Below are positions 16,090 through 20,000 of a stretch of 20,000 nucleotides of DNA, in pieces; the first letter of the stretch is position 1; every line of letters starts with the position of its first letter. Both the position numbers and the translations under genes were made by a program. Location: IMG/VR virus record IMGVR_UViG_3300030098_001091; one strand, written 5' to 3'. Source of the DNA: an uncultured virus (IMG/VR IMGVR_UViG_3300030098_001091) (Duplodnaviria > Heunggongvirae > Uroviricota > Caudoviricetes). Under the pieces are notes generated by a model. It was not told the DNA's origin and did not search any database. It saw nothing but the letters and a program-made list of their open reading frames with translations.

Positions 16090-16728
16090 CTAAAATTTAC
16101 TGTCAGTGTTAATATTTTCTACAGCCGCAGTTATATCTGCGTCTGATCCTATAAAGTTCTTTAGTTCTTTGATCGTAAGTCTGGGTGTTGCGTACCATTC
16201 CTCGAAACATACTAGGTTTACTGGGATGTCCCAATCTTGTACACAGTATCCCAAGAAACGATCAAGCTCATCTTGGTGATGCTTTATGTACGCCCGCAAA
16301 TCTGACATACGCAAGTAATGCATCAGAGTTCTTCTTGGGGAAGGATTCGGTAAGATATCATATTCTGCGTTGACCAGCTTAGACAAGCTGTAAGTTTGGG
16401 CTATCCGATCTCGTCGATAACATAAGATAATCTTTTCCACCTTTTCCATAGGAACTAGGCTGAAGGCAGGAGCGAGGACTTTAATAGCCTCGCCCTGCCT
16501 ACAACCATCTTCCGACCATAGATAGTCATACGTTAAATGATCAGGTAGATTCCAGTACCCCTTGGGGTTGTGCTCTAGAAGAACATCTCTATTTTCTACG
16601 TCTTCTGGTAGGTGGGCTACACCAGACATATCAATAGAGTCTTCCATTGCAACAGGAATACCCAATAACTTAAGCGTTTGCATGGTCATGGAAGACCCAC
16701 TTCGTGGTGTCCCAGTCACAACAATCAT
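16090..16728 (-). CDS. Sulfotransferase-family (PAPS-binding P-loop) protein
   Basis: 212 aa; N-terminal IVVTG.PRSGSS.MQ.L (5'-PSB loop), NPKGY, +K, I...RR....Q..S (3'-PB), +.FEE....P...+..L..F+G. Confidence 0.75.
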   Translation of the reverse strand: MIVVTGTPRSGSSMTMQTLKLLGIPVAMEDSIDMSGVAHLPEDVENRDVLLEHNPKGYWNLPDHLTYDYLWSEDGCRQGEAIKVLAPAFSLVPMEKVEKIILCYRRDRIAQTYSLSKLVNAEYDILPNPSPRRTLMHYLRMSDLRAYIKHHQDELDRFLGYCVQDWDIPVNLVCFEEWYATPRLTIKELKNFIGSDADITAAVENINTDSKF

Positions 16729-18449
16729 CAGACTGGCTCCGTTACGATGGAGCCTTCATCGTTTACAGCAAACTCTAGTTCTCGTAAACGACCAGTCCCA
16801 TGATCATACAGCAAGCAACTGGCTACTCCAGCCTTACCCGTCAGACGATTCTTTAGAACTCTGACTGTTGTAGTATTAGCAACCACAGGATCAGGGTTCT
16901 GCCTATCTCGTTCTAATGCAACCACAACATTGGGTACACTAGCGAGTGAGCCAGAGCCTCGGAGATCCTGAAGGGTAATACGATCACCTTCTTCATAGGA
17001 CTTCTGAGTTTTCTTCAACTGCGATACCACATCAATGCGGACACCAGTTCTAGATACCAATGCTCTTAGTTCCTTCATAATATTATCAATCAGAAGACGT
17101 TCAGAGTTACTGTTATCATAGTCTGAGTTGCTGTTCAGCAAGCCAGCGGCAGCAGCAGTAATGTGATCGAGTACGATAACATCCACACCTAAAGATACTG
17201 CCATGAATTCCATGCGAGCACATAGATTTTCTAGGGCAGCATTACCAAGATGATCATAAACATACAGTGAGGATTTCTCCAACTCTTTACGAGCTTCTGC
17301 ATACTCATCATCAGTAAGGTCATCAATCATATCGATATCGATAGGTTCCTTGCCTAGCTTAACCCGAAGCTCATTCATTAGCTTCTTGGCTCTAATAGCT
17401 CGCACAGGCTTGTTAAGGATAAGCGATACCATATCATCAACAGTCTCTTGCGGAGACTCCTCAAGCATGATAGCACCTACACTACGACCTTCACACAGAT
17501 GGTGATGCATTAGTTCTCTCAGTATAGTAGACTTGCCACTGCCAGTACCACTAGCCCAAAGAGTAATTTCACCACTACGCTGGCCGAGAAGGAACTCAGA
17601 TAGGTTGTCAAATGGGAAGGGATATACTCTTGTTTGATCCATGTGAGGATCGTTAACAACTTCTGAAACATGTACAATCTCATCTGGACTATAGTGTTGA
17701 GCTTCCCAAAGTGCTGAGATAATAGACTTACCCGCACCCTTCATTAGGCACTCATTGGGATCCTTGTAGGGAAGCCGAGCTACCTTACACTTACCGGGTG
17801 GAAGAATTTCAGCCACTGCTTTCACAGCTTCTTGGCCTGCTTCATCCTGATCAAACATCAAGATAATTTCTTGGTATGAACTAACAAACTCAAGATTCTC
17901 TTTGATTGATCTAGCAGCACCAGCCGCTCCGTTAGGTAGAGAAACTACGGGCCACTTGTTATTCATCAATTGACTCACGGTCATGCAATCGATCTCACCT
18001 TCAGTGATGATCAACATCTTACCGCCTCTAGCCTTGAACAAGTGTTGTCCCCACAAGGGAACATTAGAAGCCTGACCACGCCACTGGAAAGACTTATTAG
18101 GTCCGCGAAGCTTTTGAGCTATGCGAATTCCATCCTTATAGAAACTAGCGATCTCAACAGTTTTGTTTTGAGATACCAAAGTTTCATACCCATACTTACG
18201 TACAGTATCTTCATTGATCCTACGATGCGAAATAGCCTGAAGGTCTCCGCTAAGAAACTTCAGGCCATTCGCTGTCGCAGGTGTCTCGTCTGGTTTATTA
18301 CTTACGATTGCTTTAACTCCTCGTTCAATATATTTGCACGCAAAGCAATACTTTCCACCGTCTTCATAAACGGCAAGGTTATCTCCACTGGTGTCATTAC
18401 CAGCAGCGGCACACTTAGGACAGCGAGCCCGTGAAACTACCTTTGACAT
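16728..18449 (-). CDS. Primase-helicase (T7 gp4-like)
   Basis: 573 aa; zinc ribbon CPKC...CFAC, TOPRIM ITEGEIDC and FDQDEAG, KDPNE, SF4 helicase SGTGSGKST, LEES, LDHI, SQL, DLRGSGS, LKNR.TG; GAGG RBS. Confidence 0.97.
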   Translation of the reverse strand: MSKVVSRARCPKCAAAGNDTSGDNLAVYEDGGKYCFACKYIERGVKAIVSNKPDETPATANGLKFLSGDLQAISHRRINEDTVRKYGYETLVSQNKTVEIASFYKDGIRIAQKLRGPNKSFQWRGQASNVPLWGQHLFKARGGKMLIITEGEIDCMTVSQLMNNKWPVVSLPNGAAGAARSIKENLEFVSSYQEIILMFDQDEAGQEAVKAVAEILPPGKCKVARLPYKDPNECLMKGAGKSIISALWEAQHYSPDEIVHVSEVVNDPHMDQTRVYPFPFDNLSEFLLGQRSGEITLWASGTGSGKSTILRELMHHHLCEGRSVGAIMLEESPQETVDDMVSLILNKPVRAIRAKKLMNELRVKLGKEPIDIDMIDDLTDDEYAEARKELEKSSLYVYDHLGNAALENLCARMEFMAVSLGVDVIVLDHITAAAAGLLNSNSDYDNSNSERLLIDNIMKELRALVSRTGVRIDVVSQLKKTQKSYEEGDRITLQDLRGSGSLASVPNVVVALERDRQNPDPVVANTTTVRVLKNRLTGKAGVASCLLYDHGTGRLRELEFAVNDEGSIVTEPV

Positions 18450-18456
18450 AATTACC

Positions 18457-18606
18457 TCACTTCATCTTGAGTTTACATTCACACTTCGTCCACGGGAGCT
18501 TGCAATAGAGCCACGTCATCAGAGGACGGCCCATCCAAGCACCTGCGGAGAACATCATAATAGAATAAAAGATTGTACCAAGGGTACTGTTGATCCATTC
18601 CATCAT
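18457..18606 (-). CDS. 49-aa small membrane protein (not in the ORF track)
   Basis: MMEWINSTLGTIFYSIMMFSAGAWMGRPLMTWLYCKLPWTKCECKLKMK*; start overlaps the upstream stop (ATGATG); fills the gap before the primase gene. Confidence 0.65.
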   Translation of the reverse strand: MMEWINSTLGTIFYSIMMFSAGAWMGRPLMTWLYCKLPWTKCECKLKMK

Positions 18607-18992
18607 AGTTTCATCTCCTTAAATTTGATCTCGTCATCGTTGACGATTTTCCAAACAACTTTTCCTGTCCATGCTAGACTGATCGCACCAGTGCAGATAG
18701 CGACAGGCAGGAAGAACCAACCACCGTATAGGGCGAGCGCCCAGTTGATGGTTATAAAAACGATACCGCCAATCAACGGCCTCCACCCCATGGAACCACG
18801 GGTAATTACTAGCATTGCCATGCCCGCTAACAGGCACAGCCCACCGATCCACCCCAGCATTGGGGAGCAGGTGCTTGATTCCGACACGGCTGTTACTGCT
18901 CCGTCTGGAATACTCATCTGTGGTACGAAGCTTGTTGCTTTGCATCCCGCTAGTATACACGCTGCCAACGCAAATGTCAATAGTTTAGTCAT
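18603..18992 (-). CDS. Putative lipoprotein with three transmembrane segments
   Basis: 129 aa; signal peptide MTKLLTFALAACI-LAGC (canonical lipobox), about 27-aa polar linker, three hydrophobic segments, charged C-terminal tail; GGAGG RBS. Confidence 0.75.
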   Translation of the reverse strand: MTKLLTFALAACILAGCKATSFVPQMSIPDGAVTAVSESSTCSPMLGWIGGLCLLAGMAMLVITRGSMGWRPLIGGIVFITINWALALYGGWFFLPVAICTGAISLAWTGKVVWKIVNDDEIKFKEMKL

Positions 18993-19164
18993 CGAGATCC
19001 TCCCCTTTCATTAATTCATTTAGTCTTCTAAGACTTGCGTCCTCTTCTTCTAAGTCCATACTTATTCTTTTTCGATCTTCTCGGTTTCCCCGCCTTCTTT
19101 CCTCGGAAGTGCGAAACTCCTCCAACTGTTGTTTTAGCCATCTTAGTTTCTCCTGTCTCGTCAT
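18985..19164 (-). CDS. Hypothetical charged 59-aa protein
   Basis: Start MTRQEKL at 19164 with AGGAG RBS and ATGA overlap with the thyX stop; R/E-rich helix. Confidence 0.65.
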   Translation of the reverse strand: MTRQEKLRWLKQQLEEFRTSEERRRGNREDRKRISMDLEEEDASLRRLNELMKGEDLDD

Positions 19165-19853
19165 TGTGATTTCTCTCCTGTTAGTGCTCTCCAACTATAA
19201 GGGAACCGCGATTGAATAAGTTCTCCGATTGCTTTAGCGTATTCTCTTATTTCCCATTGAGCATGAGGATCTGATCTTTGCTTATAAAATCTAGCGTATG
19301 CAGCGAGACTTCCTGTCCAGTACCATTGTGTATAGGTTCCTTGTGGAAGCACACTTCTAGCCTGCTCTGGTGCAACGCCTTTTCTAATGAGGCTTTCATA
19401 CACAGAGATAGCATCTCCTGTTAACCACCGCATCTCTTCAAGCATTCCAGCCTCAAGATCAATAAAATCAGAGGAGCCTTGCTTAGCAGATCCTTTAGGT
19501 TTGCCTCTCCACTGTGGTTCATAAACTTCTACCTCAGTAGTAACATATCTTCGGGAGATTTCATTTTCTACAAAACCTTGCTTATGCTTAAAGAATTGAG
19601 TTCTAATAAAGATAGGAGCTTTAATCCTTAGTGTAATTTGAGGATGGGCAAAGGGAGTCCAGTGATTATAGACTGCAAGAAATCTGATTAATTTTTGATC
19701 AGCCTTAGAGAGAACGCCTTTTGTTTCATCCCATGATGATTCCTTATCAAAAGAAACACGGGCAGCGTTAACAACAGTTAAGTCAGATCCCATTACATCT
19801 TTTAGGACAACTTCCCCTTTATCTAATACTTGTGAATATAAAGTTGGTGTCAT
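19161..19853 (-). CDS. thyX: Flavin-dependent thymidylate synthase
   Basis: Start MTPTLY at 19853 (AAGGA RBS); GSDL.VVNAARVS, H.TPF.H, AP+F+..Q..KH...NE.SRRY, GVA.EQAR.VLP, R....AQWEIR. Confidence 0.93.
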   Translation of the reverse strand: MTPTLYSQVLDKGEVVLKDVMGSDLTVVNAARVSFDKESSWDETKGVLSKADQKLIRFLAVYNHWTPFAHPQITLRIKAPIFIRTQFFKHKQGFVENEISRRYVTTEVEVYEPQWRGKPKGSAKQGSSDFIDLEAGMLEEMRWLTGDAISVYESLIRKGVAPEQARSVLPQGTYTQWYWTGSLAAYARFYKQRSDPHAQWEIREYAKAIGELIQSRFPYSWRALTGEKSQ

Positions 19854-19865
19854 GATTTTCCTTAA

Positions 19866-19938
19866 TAGGCTGGGTTGGATTCGAACCAACGACTTACTCG
19901 TTATGAGCGAGGTGCTCTAACCCCTGAGCTACCAGCCC
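19866..19938 (-). tRNA. tRNA with CAT anticodon (probably Ile2, otherwise elongator Met; not initiator)
   Basis: GGGCTGG-TA-GCTC-AGGGGTTA-GAGC-A-CCTCG-CTCATAA-CGAGT-AAGTC-GTTGG-TTCGAAT-CCAAC-CCAGCCT-A; 73 nt; no encoded CCA; lacks the three G-C anticodon-stem pairs of fMet tRNA. Confidence 0.9.
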
Positions 19939-19943
19939 AGCAA

Positions 19944-20000
19944 TAGCTCCGGTGGGACTCGAACCCACACTGTATGGATTTTAAGTCCACTGCCTCTGCC
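19944..20000 (-). tRNA. tRNA-Leu(TAA), 5' part outside the window
   Basis: ...GGCAGAGGC-A-GTGGA-CTTAAAA-TCCAT-ACAGT-GTGGG-TTCGAGT-CCCAC-CGGAGCT-A; no encoded CCA. Confidence 0.8.

Noticed and set aside
10170..18449. Inteins, introns or homing endonucleases in the RNR, polymerase or helicase genes
   Set aside because: Protein lengths are compact, the motifs are contiguous, and there are no splice-junction, LAGLIDADG or HNH signatures.
2186..18960. Alternative-frame minus-strand ORFs (2186-2650, 2834-3151, 3394-3600, 3784-4053, 6740-7045, 11108-11374, 12603-12788, 17519-17737, 18634-18960)
   Set aside because: They are fully nested in conserved genes and have off-frame-like composition. 18634-18960 was considered as an embedded spanin but has no lipobox or TM segment.
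215..19014. All plus-strand ORFs in the track (e.g. 2067-2489, 6862-7515, 17970-18434, 18391-19014)
   Set aside because: They are antisense shadows of well-supported minus-strand genes and have no recognisable motifs.
5519..19889. Longer ORF-track starts (5824, 10071, 12170, 13666, 14407, 19194, 19889)
   Set aside because: They extend into upstream genes or a tRNA. Downstream ATGs fit better with an RBS, stop-start coupling or the family N-terminus.
1..20000. Repeated phage RNA polymerase promoters (T7-type, about 23 bp)
   Set aside because: I could not see a recurring motif of that length in the few intergenic gaps, and no RNA polymerase gene is in the window. A genome-wide MEME search would be needed.
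1..20000. Stop-codon reassignment or an alternative genetic code
   Set aside because: The core genes are full length in the standard code, TAA, TAG and TGA are all used as stops, and neither tRNA is a suppressor.

Overview
This is a 20-kb segment of a lytic T7-like (Autographiviridae-style) podophage genome, densely coded entirely on the minus strand. In transcription order (right to left) it carries two tRNA genes, thyX, small membrane proteins, primase-helicase, a sulfotransferase-fold gene, family A DNA polymerase, a DUF4406/NDT-like gene, a permuted papain-like gene, dNMP kinase, 5'-3' exonuclease, a class II (NrdJ-type) ribonucleotide reductase, small genes and the portal. A four-gene insert follows (a 559-aa nested-repeat protein, a small membrane protein, a LamG-like protein and a 53-aa protamine-like protein), then scaffold, a structured leader, major capsid, a T-phi-like terminator, an RcGTA head-spike-base-like gene, and tail tubular proteins A and B (B truncated by the window edge). 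The main oddities are the sulfotransferase coupled into the replisome operon, the Russian-doll nested domains of the 559-aa protein, a possible GTA-like head-spike system, an unannotated ultra-basic miniprotein, the multi-hairpin capsid leader and a tRNA-Leu with a short variable loop. All family calls come from motif recognition by eye; no database searches were run.
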